The notes: generated by a model from the sequence alone, not told the origin. 32,000 bases of DNA from Streptomyces sp. NPDC014733 (GCF_043083385.1 NZ_JBIBYO010000025.1:3502-35501); one strand, 5' to 3'; counted from the stretch's first letter, positions 17,409 through 25,342 are shown. Numbers and translations: made by a program.

Positions 17409-17424
17409 CCCGCGGAACCGCGGG
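17409..17424 (-). terminator. Short GC hairpin immediately after the pyk stop
   Basis: CCCGCG-gaac-CGCGGG (6-bp stem, 4-nt loop) lies 4 nt downstream of the stop at 17428-17430. A second palindrome, GCCCGTGCACGGGC, lies at 17384-17397. Confidence 0.35.
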
Positions 17425-17427
17425 CCC

Positions 17428-18864
17428 CTACCTCCCGCCGTCGTCCTCGCCGATGCGGTGGACACGGACGAGGTTGGTGGAGCCGGGGACCCCGGGCGGC
17501 GAACCGGCGGTGATGATCACCAGGTCGCCCCGCTCGCAGCGGCCGATCTTCAGCAGCTGCTCGTCGACCTGCGCGACCATCTCGTCGGTGGAGTCGACCA
17601 TCGGACCGAGGAAGGTCTCCACGCCCCAGGTGAGGTTGAGCTGCGACCGGGTCGCCGGGTCGGGGGTGAAGGCGAGCAGCGGGATGGGGGAACGGTAGCG
17701 GGAGAGGCGGCGGACGGTGTCGCCGGACTGCGTGAAGGCGACGAGGAACTTCGCGCCGAGGAAGTCACCCATCTCGGCGGCCGCGCGGGCGACGGCGCCG
17801 CCCTGGGTGCGGGGCTTGCTGCGGTCGGTCAGCGGCGGCAGGCCCTTGGCGAGGATGTCCTCCTCGGCCGCCTCCACGATGCGGCTCATGGTGCGGACGG
17901 TCTCTGCGGGGTACTTCCCCACGCTCGTCTCGCCGGAGAGCATCACCGCGTCCGTGCCGTCGATGACGGCGTTGGCGACGTCGGACGCCTCGGCGCGGGT
18001 GGGCCGGGAGTTGTCGATCATCGAGTCGAGCATCTGGGTGGCGACGATGACCGGCTTGGCGTTGCGCTTGGCCAGCTTGACGGCGCGTTTCTGGACGATC
18101 GGCACGGCCTCCAGCGGCATTTCGACGCCGAGGTCGCCGCGCGCGACCATGATGCCGTCGAAGGCGGCGACGATGTCGTCGATGACCTCGACCGCCTGCG
18201 GCTTCTCGACCTTGGCGATGACGGGGAGGAAGCGACCCTCCTCGCGCATGATGCGGTGGACGTCCTCGATGTCGCGGCCGCTGCGGACGAAGGAGAGGGC
18301 GATGAGGTCGGCGCCGGTGCGCAGCGCCCAGCGGAGATCCTCCTCGTCCTTGTCGGACAGGGCGGGGACGGAGACGGCGACACCGGGGAGGTTGAGGCCC
18401 TTGTGGTCGGAGACCATGCCGCCCTCGATGACCCGGGTGTGGACGCGGGGCCCGTCGACGCCGGTGACCTCCAGGGTGACCTTGCCGTCGTCGACGAGGA
18501 TGCGTTCGCCGGTGGTGACGTCGGCGGCGAGGCCGTCGTAGGTGGTGGAGCAGAGGTGGCGGTCGCCCTCCACGGAGGGGTCGACGGTGATGCCGAACGC
18601 GTCGCCGCGTTCGAGAAGTACGGGCCCTTCACGGAAGCGGCCCAGGCGGATCTTCGGGCCTTGAAGGTCGGCGAGGACGCCGACGCTGCGGTGGGTCGCC
18701 TCGGCGGCCTCGCGGACCCGTGCGTAACGCGCCTCGTGATCGGCGTAGGTGCCATGACTGAGGTTGAGGCGTGCGATGTCCATGCCGGCGTCGACGAGGG
18801 CTTTGATCTGCTCGTACGTGTCGGTGGCCGGTCCCAGTGTGCAAACGATTTTTGCTCGGCGCAT
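17428..18864 (-). CDS. pyk: Pyruvate kinase, 478 aa
   Basis: MRRAKIVCTLGPAT, NLSHG, DLQGPKIRLG, IALSFV, KVEKPQAV, MVARGDLGVE and ATQMLDSM are all canonical pyruvate kinase motifs. Confidence 0.95.
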   Translation of the reverse strand: MRRAKIVCTLGPATDTYEQIKALVDAGMDIARLNLSHGTYADHEARYARVREAAEATHRSVGVLADLQGPKIRLGRFREGPVLLERGDAFGITVDPSVEGDRHLCSTTYDGLAADVTTGERILVDDGKVTLEVTGVDGPRVHTRVIEGGMVSDHKGLNLPGVAVSVPALSDKDEEDLRWALRTGADLIALSFVRSGRDIEDVHRIMREEGRFLPVIAKVEKPQAVEVIDDIVAAFDGIMVARGDLGVEMPLEAVPIVQKRAVKLAKRNAKPVIVATQMLDSMIDNSRPTRAEASDVANAVIDGTDAVMLSGETSVGKYPAETVRTMSRIVEAAEEDILAKGLPPLTDRSKPRTQGGAVARAAAEMGDFLGAKFLVAFTQSGDTVRRLSRYRSPIPLLAFTPDPATRSQLNLTWGVETFLGPMVDSTDEMVAQVDEQLLKIGRCERGDLVIITAGSPPGVPGSTNLVRVHRIGEDDGGR

Positions 18865-18961
18865 GGGGCGACCCTATGCCGTACCCACTGGTAGAGAAGC
18901 GTGCTGCGATGTCTGCTCAACGACCGCTGGTTTAAAGGTTGTTGACGAGTACGGAAATGCG

Positions 18962-18991
18962 CGGCCCGCCGCTCCGATGAGCGGCGGGCCG
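18962..18991 (-). terminator. Terminator hairpin after the N-monooxygenase gene (13-bp perfect stem, 4-nt loop)
   Basis: CGGCCCGCCGCTC cgat GAGCGGCGGGCCG, 29 nt downstream of the stop at 19020. Confidence 0.6.
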
Positions 18992-19019
18992 GGGCGTGCA
19001 TGCCCTGTGTGACGTGACG

Positions 19020-20432
19020 TCAGCCGTGCCGGGCGGACGCCGCGTGGGGCGGGGCGGCCGTCTCCGGAGCGGTGGGACGCGGGAGGCCGAAGGTGGTGAA
19101 GGCGGTGCGGTCGGGGAGCGGGTACGGGGTGGCGCCGGTCAGGGAGTTGAGGATGGTGGCGCTGCGCCAGGCGGCCAGGCCGAGGTCGGGGGTGCCGACG
19201 CCGTGGCTGTGGCGTTCGGCGTTCTGGACATGGACGGAGCCGGTGACCGCGGCGTCGAGGACGAGGCGGTGCTCGGCGTCGACGCGGGGGCGGCCGGCGG
19301 CGTCGCGGCACAGGTACGGGTCGAGGGCGGCGAGGAGGGTGTCGAGGCGGCGTTCGCGGTAGCCGGTGGCGAGGACGACGGCGTCGGTGGTCAGCCGGGT
19401 GCGGCTGTTCTGCTCGGCGTGGGCGAGGTGGAGTTCGACGCCGCCGCCGGGGGCACGGTCGGCGGCCTCCACCTGGACGCCGGGGGTGAGGACGGCGTCC
19501 GGCCAACCGCCGTGCAGGGTGCGGCGGTAGAGCTCGTCGTGGACGGCGGCGAGGGTGTCGTGGTCGATGCCCTTGTAGAGCTGCCACTGGCCGGGGACGA
19601 GGGCGTCGCGGACCGGTTCGGGCAGGGCGTGGAAGTAGCGGGTGTAGTCCGGGGTGAAGTGTTCGAGGCCGAGCTTGCTGTACTCCATGGGCGCGAAGGC
19701 GGGGGTACGGGCGAGCCAGTGGAGCCGTTCGCGGCCCTCGGGGCGGGCGCGCAGCAGATCGAGGAAGACCTCGGCGCCGGACTGGCCCGCGCCGACGACG
19801 GTGACATGGTCGGCGGCGAGCAGGCGCTCCCGGTGGTCGAGGTAGTCGGAGGAGTGCAGGACGGGCGCGGCGGGGCTCTCGGCGAGGGGGCGCAGGGCGT
19901 CCGGGACGTGCGGGGCGGTGCCGATGCCGAGCACGAGGTTACGGGCGTAGCTGCGGCCGAGGGCCTCGGCTTCGCCGTCGGCGTCGAGGTGGGTGTAGTC
20001 GATCTCGAAGACGGCGTGGGAGCTGTTCCAGCGGACCGCGTCGATCTGGTGGCCGAAGTGGAGGGCGGGGAGGTTCTCGCTGACCCAGCGGCAGTACGCG
20101 TCGTACTCCGCGCGGTGGATGTGGAACCGCTCGGCGAAGTAGAAGGGGTAGAGGCGGTCGCGGCTACGGAGGTAGCTGAGGAAGCTCCAGGGGTTGGTGG
20201 GGTCGGCGAGGGTGACCAGGTCGGCGAGGAACGGGACCTGGAGGGTGGCGCCGTCGATGAGGAGGCCGGGGTGCCAGTGGAACGCGGGGCGCTGGTCGTA
20301 GAAGGCGGTACGCAGGCCGGTCAGGGGCTGGGCGAGCGCGGCGAGGGAGAGGTTGAAGGGGCCGATGCCGACGCCCGCCAGGTCGAGGGGGTCGGTGGGG
20401 GCGGCGGTGCCGGTGGGGTGCTCGGTGGTCAT
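19020..20432 (-). CDS. Flavin-dependent diamine/amino-acid N-hydroxylase (IucD/PvdA/DesB family), 470 aa
   Basis: FAD motif LAGVGIGPFNLSLAA, NADPH motif VTVVGAGQSGAEVF and the C-terminal AVVLATGY motif. This is the characteristic layout of lysine/ornithine/cadaverine N-monooxygenases. Confidence 0.9.
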   Translation of the reverse strand: MTTEHPTGTAAPTDPLDLAGVGIGPFNLSLAALAQPLTGLRTAFYDQRPAFHWHPGLLIDGATLQVPFLADLVTLADPTNPWSFLSYLRSRDRLYPFYFAERFHIHRAEYDAYCRWVSENLPALHFGHQIDAVRWNSSHAVFEIDYTHLDADGEAEALGRSYARNLVLGIGTAPHVPDALRPLAESPAAPVLHSSDYLDHRERLLAADHVTVVGAGQSGAEVFLDLLRARPEGRERLHWLARTPAFAPMEYSKLGLEHFTPDYTRYFHALPEPVRDALVPGQWQLYKGIDHDTLAAVHDELYRRTLHGGWPDAVLTPGVQVEAADRAPGGGVELHLAHAEQNSRTRLTTDAVVLATGYRERRLDTLLAALDPYLCRDAAGRPRVDAEHRLVLDAAVTGSVHVQNAERHSHGVGTPDLGLAAWRSATILNSLTGATPYPLPDRTAFTTFGLPRPTAPETAAPPHAASARHG

Positions 20433-22042
20433 CAGGGGATGTGGCCTTCCACGAGTTTCAGGAGGTGGGCGAGGTCACCGGCGTCGGCGTGCGGGTTGAG
20501 GAGGGTGGCCTTGAGCCAGAGTCCGGTGGGGGTGGCGGCGCGGCCCAGGACGGCATGGCCGTCGGCGAGGAGGGTACGGCGGATCGCGGCGACGGTGGCG
20601 TCGCCCACGCCGATGGGGCGGAAGAGGACGGTGGTGAGGGTGGGGCGGGAGTGGAGTTCGAGGTGGGGGTGGTCCTCGACGAGGTCGGCGAGGGTGGTGG
20701 CGGCGGCCAGGGTGCGGTCGACGAGGTCGCCGATGCCACGGCGGCCGAGGGCCTTGAGGGTGACGGCCGCCTTGAGGATGTCGGGGCGGCGGGTGGTGCG
20801 CAGGGAGCGGCCGAGGAGGTCGGGCAGACCGGCTTCGGTGTCGTCGTCGGCGTTGAGGTAGTCGGCGCGGTGGTCGAGGGGGGCGAGGTCGGCGGTGCCG
20901 GGGACCGCGAGGAGGCCGGCGGCGACCGGCTGCCAGCCGAGTTTGTGCAGGTCGAGGGTGACGGTGTGGGCGCGGTCCAGGCCCGCGAGGAGAGCGCGGT
21001 GGGCGTCGCTGAAGAGGAGCGCGCCGCCGTACGCCGCGTCGACGTGGAAGCGCGCACCGTGCCGGGCGGCGAGGTCGGCGAGGGCCGGGAGCGGGTCGAG
21101 GGCGCCGGAGTCGGTGGTGCCGGCGGTGGCGGTGAGCAGGACGGGGCCGTGGAGCCGGGTGAGGGCGGCGTCGACGGCGGCGGGGTCGAGCACACCGCCG
21201 GGCGTGGGCACGGTGACGGGCGCGGGGAGTCCGAGGAGCCAGGCGGCGCGGTGGATGCTGTGGTGGGCGTTGGCGCCGCAGACGATCCGGAGCGGGAGCG
21301 CGTCCGGCGCGGGGGCGGGTGGGAGGGCGTCGACGGGGCCGCGCGGGGCGCCGATGAACGGGGTGAGGGTGGCGACCGGCGCGGGGCCCGCCCCACCGGC
21401 GACGCGTCCGGCGCGGGCCCGGGCGGCCGCCACCGGGCGCACTCCCCCGGCGTACCGCTCCCCCGTGGTGTGCCGGGCGGTACGGGCGGCCTCGCGGGCG
21501 AGGAGGACGGCGAGTTGGTTGGACTCGGTACCGCCGGTGGTGAGCAGGGCGTCCGGGCCGCCGCCGGGCGCGTAGGTGTCGTCCGGGGTCCGGGTGCGCC
21601 GGGGGGCGCGGGGGAAGACGAGGGCGGCGAGTTCGCGGGTGGCGAGGGCTTCGAGGGCGGAGGCGGCGGGGGCCTGGTCCCAGGAGTCCATGGAGGGGTT
21701 GAGGGCGGACGCGGCGAGGTCGGCCGCGGCGGCGACGGCCAGCGGAGGGCAGTGCAGATGGGCGGCGCAGTGCGGGTCGGCGGGGTCGGCGGCGCCGGCG
21801 GCCAGGGTGCGGACGAGGGTGGCGAGCGCCGTGTGGGCGCCGTCGCCGTCGTCGGGGAGGAGGGGGGCGCAGGTGGCGCGGACGGCGTGGGCGACGGCGT
21901 CCGGTCCGCCAGGGGGGAGGGGGCCCGCGCGGTCCTCGGCGCCGGCGGTGAGGGCGTCGAGGACGGTGGAGAGGAGGGGGCGGAGCGCGCGGGGGCCTTC
22001 GATACCGCCCGCGAGGGCGGCGTCGGCGGCGGGCACAGGCAT
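20432..22042 (-). CDS. PLP-dependent group II decarboxylase (DesA / diaminobutyrate-lysine decarboxylase-like), 536 aa
   Basis: TTGGTESNQLAVLLA, SIHRAAWLLGL, FHVDAAYGG and TLDLHKLGWQP (PLP-binding Lys). GGAAGGG lies upstream of ATG 22042. Its stop overlaps the next gene's start as TGATG at 20430-20434. Confidence 0.85.
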   Translation of the reverse strand: MPVPAADAALAGGIEGPRALRPLLSTVLDALTAGAEDRAGPLPPGGPDAVAHAVRATCAPLLPDDGDGAHTALATLVRTLAAGAADPADPHCAAHLHCPPLAVAAAADLAASALNPSMDSWDQAPAASALEALATRELAALVFPRAPRRTRTPDDTYAPGGGPDALLTTGGTESNQLAVLLAREAARTARHTTGERYAGGVRPVAAARARAGRVAGGAGPAPVATLTPFIGAPRGPVDALPPAPAPDALPLRIVCGANAHHSIHRAAWLLGLPAPVTVPTPGGVLDPAAVDAALTRLHGPVLLTATAGTTDSGALDPLPALADLAARHGARFHVDAAYGGALLFSDAHRALLAGLDRAHTVTLDLHKLGWQPVAAGLLAVPGTADLAPLDHRADYLNADDDTEAGLPDLLGRSLRTTRRPDILKAAVTLKALGRRGIGDLVDRTLAAATTLADLVEDHPHLELHSRPTLTTVLFRPIGVGDATVAAIRRTLLADGHAVLGRAATPTGLWLKATLLNPHADAGDLAHLLKLVEGHIP

Positions 22043-22329
22043 GAACGTGCCCTTCCATGTGGAGAGTTGGGGAGGGGGCGGCTGTTCCGTCGTCGCGACG
22101 GTCAGCCATGAGGCGGCCCTAAGTTACTTTCCCCGTACGGTACGTAGCCACCGGGGGCGAGCGTTCCACCCATTCGTGGGAGGCGGCGGCCGTAGGTGTG
22201 TTCGGGCGGGACGGGCGGGAGCAGGGCAGGAAGAGGCGGTGCGGGCCAGGGCGGGAGCAGGCCGGGCGGGGCGGGAGGGGGCGGCGCGGATCGGGGTGGC
22301 CGGGCGGGGGCGAGCCACCCCGGGCCGCC

Positions 22330-22379
22330 CCGGAAAGGCCCTGGCAAACCGGAAGGCCCGGGCAGTTGCCGGAAAGGCC
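22330..22379. repeat. Three direct copies of CCGGAA(A)GGCC spaced 19-20 bp apart
   Basis: Copies at 22330-22340 (ccggaaaggcc), 22349-22358 (ccggaaggcc) and 22369-22379 (ccggaaaggcc), in the pepN-decarboxylase intergenic region. Confidence 0.8.
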
Positions 22380-22413
22380 GGGGCGGGCCGCCGTGCGCCC
22401 GGCGACCCGCCCC
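22380..22413 (-). terminator. pepN terminator-like hairpin (14-bp stem with one mismatch, 6-nt loop)
   Basis: GGGGCGGGCCGCCG tgcgcc CGGCGACCCGCCCC, about 33 nt downstream of the pepN stop (22446). Confidence 0.5.
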
Positions 22414-22445
22414 TGAGGTATCGCTCATGCGTCAGACGTCGCGCC

Positions 22446-25151
22446 TCAGGCGTCGACCGCCTCGCCGCCGGAAGCGGCCGTCCCCCGGCCCGACCGGATG
22501 CGCAACGCGCGGGCGAGGTCGTCGAGTTGGTCGGTGAGGCCACGGCGGAGGGCGGGGGTCGGGGCGTCCGTGGCGAGGCAGGCGTGGCCCAGGCGGAGGG
22601 TTTCCTCGTCGACGAAGGCGGCGGGGAAGGCGTACCGGGCGGCGGCCTCGGCCAGGGCGGGACCGCGGCGGTCGGCGAGAGGGACCACGTCGGTGAAGAA
22701 GCGGGCCACGTAGGGGCGGAGGAGCGCGTGCTGCTCGGGGGCCCAGAAGCCGGTGGCGGTGGCGGTGAAGAGGTAGTTGGAGGGGGCGGCTTCGGGGTCG
22801 GTGGTGAACAGGGCCTGCCAGGCGGCCTCCTTGGCGGCCCGGTCGGGCAGGGCGGCGCGGCAGCGGGCGGCGCCCTGGGTGCCGGTGGCGCTGGGGTCGC
22901 GGGAGAGTTCGTCGTCGATGCGCTCGGGGGTGAGGGCGCCGAGGACGGCGAGGCGGGCGAGGACGCGCCAGCGCAGCTCGGGATCGAGGGCGGGTCCGCC
23001 GGGGACGCTGCCGTCGTCGAGCCAGTCCTGGATGCCCTCGGGCGAGGTGGCGTTGTCGATGAAGGCACGGACGGCGGTCAGCCGCAGGCTCGCGGCGGTG
23101 GGGTCGGTGGCGCCCTCGGTGTGGCGCAGGATGTCGCGGCTCAGCGCGGTGAGCGTGCCCAGGGCGGTGTGGCGCTCCGCAGCGGGGAGGAAGTGGTCGG
23201 CGACGGGCATCCGGGCGAACCGCAGCACCCCGGCGACGACGGCCGGGTCCGCCTCGGCGGGCAGATGGCGGCGGACGATGTCGAGGTAGGCGGCGGGCGT
23301 GAGGTCGCCGTCGCGGACCATGTCGCGGGCGGCGTTCCACAGGACGGCGCGGGTGAGCGCGCCGCCGTCGGCGGCGGGGATGCCGGAGAGGGAGCGGGCG
23401 ACAGTCCCCCAGGAGTCCGCGTCCAGACGGACCTTGGTGTAGCTGAGATCGCCGTCGTTGAGGACGACGAGGGCGGGGACCGGCCCGGGGAGGGTGTGGC
23501 GGGTGGTGCCTTCCTCCTGGGGGATGTCGGTCTCGAAGCGGCGACGCAGGGTGAGGGGGGTGGGGGCAGAGGGCGTGAGGCGGGCGGGGGCAGAGGGCGT
23601 GAGGGGGGTGGGGGCAGAGGGCGTGAGGGGGGCGGGGGCAGAAGGAGCGAGGGGGGCGGGGCCAGAGGGCGTGGGCCGGGCCGGGTCGGTGGCGTCCTGG
23701 TCGTAGAGGCCGACGGCGATGCGGTGCGGGCGGCTGCCGTGGTGGTCGATGGCGAGCTGCCAGGTGTCGCCCTGCGGGGTGACGGTGGCGGTGAGGGTGT
23801 CGGGGCCGCTGGTGCGCAGCCAGCGGGCGGCCCAGCCGGGGACGTCGCGGTCGGTGTGGCGGGCGAGGGAGTCGAGGAAGTCGGCGAGGGTGGCGTTGCC
23901 GAAGCGGTGGCGGGTGAGGTGGTCGTTGATACCGGCGAGGAAGTCCTTCTCGCCGATCCAGGCGACGAGTTGGCGCAGGGCGGAGGCGCCCTTGGCGTAG
24001 GAGATGCCGTCGAAGTTGAGGAGGGCGGAGGCGGTGTCCGGGACGTCCTCGGGGGTGGGGGCGACCGGGTGGGTGGAGGGGCGCTGGTCCGCTTCGTAGC
24101 CCCAGCTCTTGCGGACGGTGCCGAAGTCGACCCAGGTGTCGGTGAAGCGGGTGGCCTCGGAGAGGACTTGATAGCCCATGTACTCGGCGAAGGACTCGTT
24201 GAGCCAGATGTCGTCCCACCAGCGGAGGGTGACGAGGTCGCCGAACCACATGTGGGCCATCTCGTGGGCGATGACCATGCCACGGGTCTGGCGCTCGGTG
24301 TCGGTGACGGCGGAGCGGTAGACGAATTCGTCGCGGAAGGTGACGAGGCCGGGGTTCTCCATGGCGCCCGCGTTGAACTCCGGGACGAAGGCCTGGTCGT
24401 AGGAGTCGAAGGGGTACGGCTCGTCGAAGAGGTCGCGGTAGCGGTCGTAGCAGCGGCGGGTGAGGTCGAGGATTTCCTCGGCGTCGGCGTCGAGGTACGG
24501 CGCGAGGGAGCGGCGGCAGTGGATGCCGAAGGGCAGCCCGGCGTGTTCGGTGCGGACGGAGTGCCAGGGTCCGGCGGCGACGGCGACGAGGTAGGTGGAG
24601 ATCAGTGGTGTGGGGGCGGCGCGCCAGACGCCGCCGCCCTCGTGGGTGGTGACACCGTTGGCGAGGACGGACCACTCCTCGGGGGCGGTGACGGTGACGG
24701 CGAAGACGGACTTGAGGTCGGGCTGGTCGAAGGTGGCGAAGACGCGCTGGACGTCCTCCATGAACAGCTGGGTGTAGACGTACGCCTCGCCGTCGGCGGG
24801 GTCGGTGAAGCGGTGCATGCCCTCGCCGGTGCGGGAGTAGGACATCCGGGCCTCGACGTGCAGCTCGTGGTCGCCGGGGGCGAGGCCGGTGAGCGGGAAG
24901 CGGTTGTCGTCGAGGAGTGCGGGGTCGAGGGGGGTGCCGTCGAGCGTGACGGCGAGCAGCGCGGCGGGCTTGACCTCGAAGAAGGTGGTGACGGGGGCTC
25001 CGTCGCCGGCGCCGTCGCGGACGGTGAAGCGGATGTCGGCGCGGGAGCCGAAGTGCTTCTCGCCCTGGGTGAGGTCGAGGTGGATGGAGTGGTGGCGGAC
25101 GTCGAGGAGTCCGGCTCGGGTCTGCGCCTCGTCGCGCTGGAGTGCGGGCAT
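22446..25151 (-). CDS. pepN: Aminopeptidase N (M1 family zinc metallopeptidase), 901 aa
   Basis: GAMEN exopeptidase motif (FNAGAMENPG). Zinc site VIAHEMAHMWFGDLVT...WLNESFAEY (HEXXH-18-E). Long helical C-terminal ERAP1-like domain. Confidence 0.95.
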   Translation of the reverse strand: MPALQRDEAQTRAGLLDVRHHSIHLDLTQGEKHFGSRADIRFTVRDGAGDGAPVTTFFEVKPAALLAVTLDGTPLDPALLDDNRFPLTGLAPGDHELHVEARMSYSRTGEGMHRFTDPADGEAYVYTQLFMEDVQRVFATFDQPDLKSVFAVTVTAPEEWSVLANGVTTHEGGGVWRAAPTPLISTYLVAVAAGPWHSVRTEHAGLPFGIHCRRSLAPYLDADAEEILDLTRRCYDRYRDLFDEPYPFDSYDQAFVPEFNAGAMENPGLVTFRDEFVYRSAVTDTERQTRGMVIAHEMAHMWFGDLVTLRWWDDIWLNESFAEYMGYQVLSEATRFTDTWVDFGTVRKSWGYEADQRPSTHPVAPTPEDVPDTASALLNFDGISYAKGASALRQLVAWIGEKDFLAGINDHLTRHRFGNATLADFLDSLARHTDRDVPGWAARWLRTSGPDTLTATVTPQGDTWQLAIDHHGSRPHRIAVGLYDQDATDPARPTPSGPAPLAPSAPAPLTPSAPTPLTPSAPARLTPSAPTPLTLRRRFETDIPQEEGTTRHTLPGPVPALVVLNDGDLSYTKVRLDADSWGTVARSLSGIPAADGGALTRAVLWNAARDMVRDGDLTPAAYLDIVRRHLPAEADPAVVAGVLRFARMPVADHFLPAAERHTALGTLTALSRDILRHTEGATDPTAASLRLTAVRAFIDNATSPEGIQDWLDDGSVPGGPALDPELRWRVLARLAVLGALTPERIDDELSRDPSATGTQGAARCRAALPDRAAKEAAWQALFTTDPEAAPSNYLFTATATGFWAPEQHALLRPYVARFFTDVVPLADRRGPALAEAAARYAFPAAFVDEETLRLGHACLATDAPTPALRRGLTDQLDDLARALRIRSGRGTAASGGEAVDA
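23551..23670. repeat. In-frame tandem repeat, 5 x 24 bp, inside pepN
   Basis: Unit A 23551-23574 is gtgaggggggtgggggcagagggc. Unit B 23575-23598 is gtgaggcgggcgggggcagagggc. Unit C 23599-23622 is identical to A. Unit D 23623-23646 is gtgaggggggcgggggcagaagga. Unit E 23647-23670 is gcgaggggggcggggccagagggc. On the coding strand they give PLAPSAPA-PLTPSAPT-PLTPSAPA-RLTPSAPT-PLT. Confidence 0.9.
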
Positions 25152-25342
25152 GGGGTCATGCTGCCGTACGCCCCTGTCCGGCCGCAGGGGGTGTGGACAA
25201 CTTCACGGGGGACGGGCCGGGCGCCTGCGGGAGCACGGGTCCCGGGGCTCGCGGGCCGTCCGGGGAAGCTTCGGCGGCGCGGATTCTCAGTACTAAAGTA
25301 ATTCCGGTGAGCAGGGCGGATCGGGGCCCGGGAGGGGCGGAG

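Noticed and set aside
17178-17427. Possible integrative-element attachment remnant next to the tRNA
   Set aside because: tRNA 3' ends are common att sites, but I found no second copy of the tRNA 3' segment (GGTTCGAATCCCAC...) elsewhere in the window, and no integrase or phage-like genes nearby.
17458-18894. 478-aa + strand ORF exactly mirroring pyk, plus 17717..18541 and 18018..19001
   Set aside because: Mirror-image shadow ORFs. The minus-strand frame has all the pyruvate kinase motifs.
18996-22111. + strand ORFs 18996..20861 and 20441..22111, and minus out-of-frame ORFs 20458..21396 and 20475..22109
   Set aside because: Gly/Glu/Val- or Arg/Pro-rich shadows of the N-hydroxylase and decarboxylase genes.
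22100-22150. Possible iron box (IdeR/DmdR operator) upstream of the decarboxylase gene
   Set aside because: The best candidate on the sense strand (GGAAAGTAACTTAGGG) matches only about 6 of 10 positions of one half of TTAGGTTAGGCTAACCTAA, and the other half does not match. The nearby palindrome CGTAC-G-GTACG (22134-22144) is not iron-box-like. It is not supportable without a matrix scan.
22102-22428. 108-aa minus ORF in the pepN-decarboxylase intergenic region
   Set aside because: This Pro-rich translation of the C-rich strand is a consequence of the G-run tract. It has no SD and implausible composition.
23551-23670. Could the 24-bp repeats be a CRISPR array or a mobile-element terminus?
   Set aside because: The units are directly adjacent with no spacers, lie in-frame inside pepN and preserve the reading frame. 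This is a coding tandem repeat, not a CRISPR array.
21576-25301. 1241-aa + strand ORF (the longest in the window) and the 747-aa minus ORF 22432..24675
   Set aside because: They are antisense or out-of-frame to pepN. The composition is Gly/Ala/Glu/Val- or Arg/Pro/His-rich with no motifs, whereas pepN has unambiguous GAMEN and HEXXH-E motifs.
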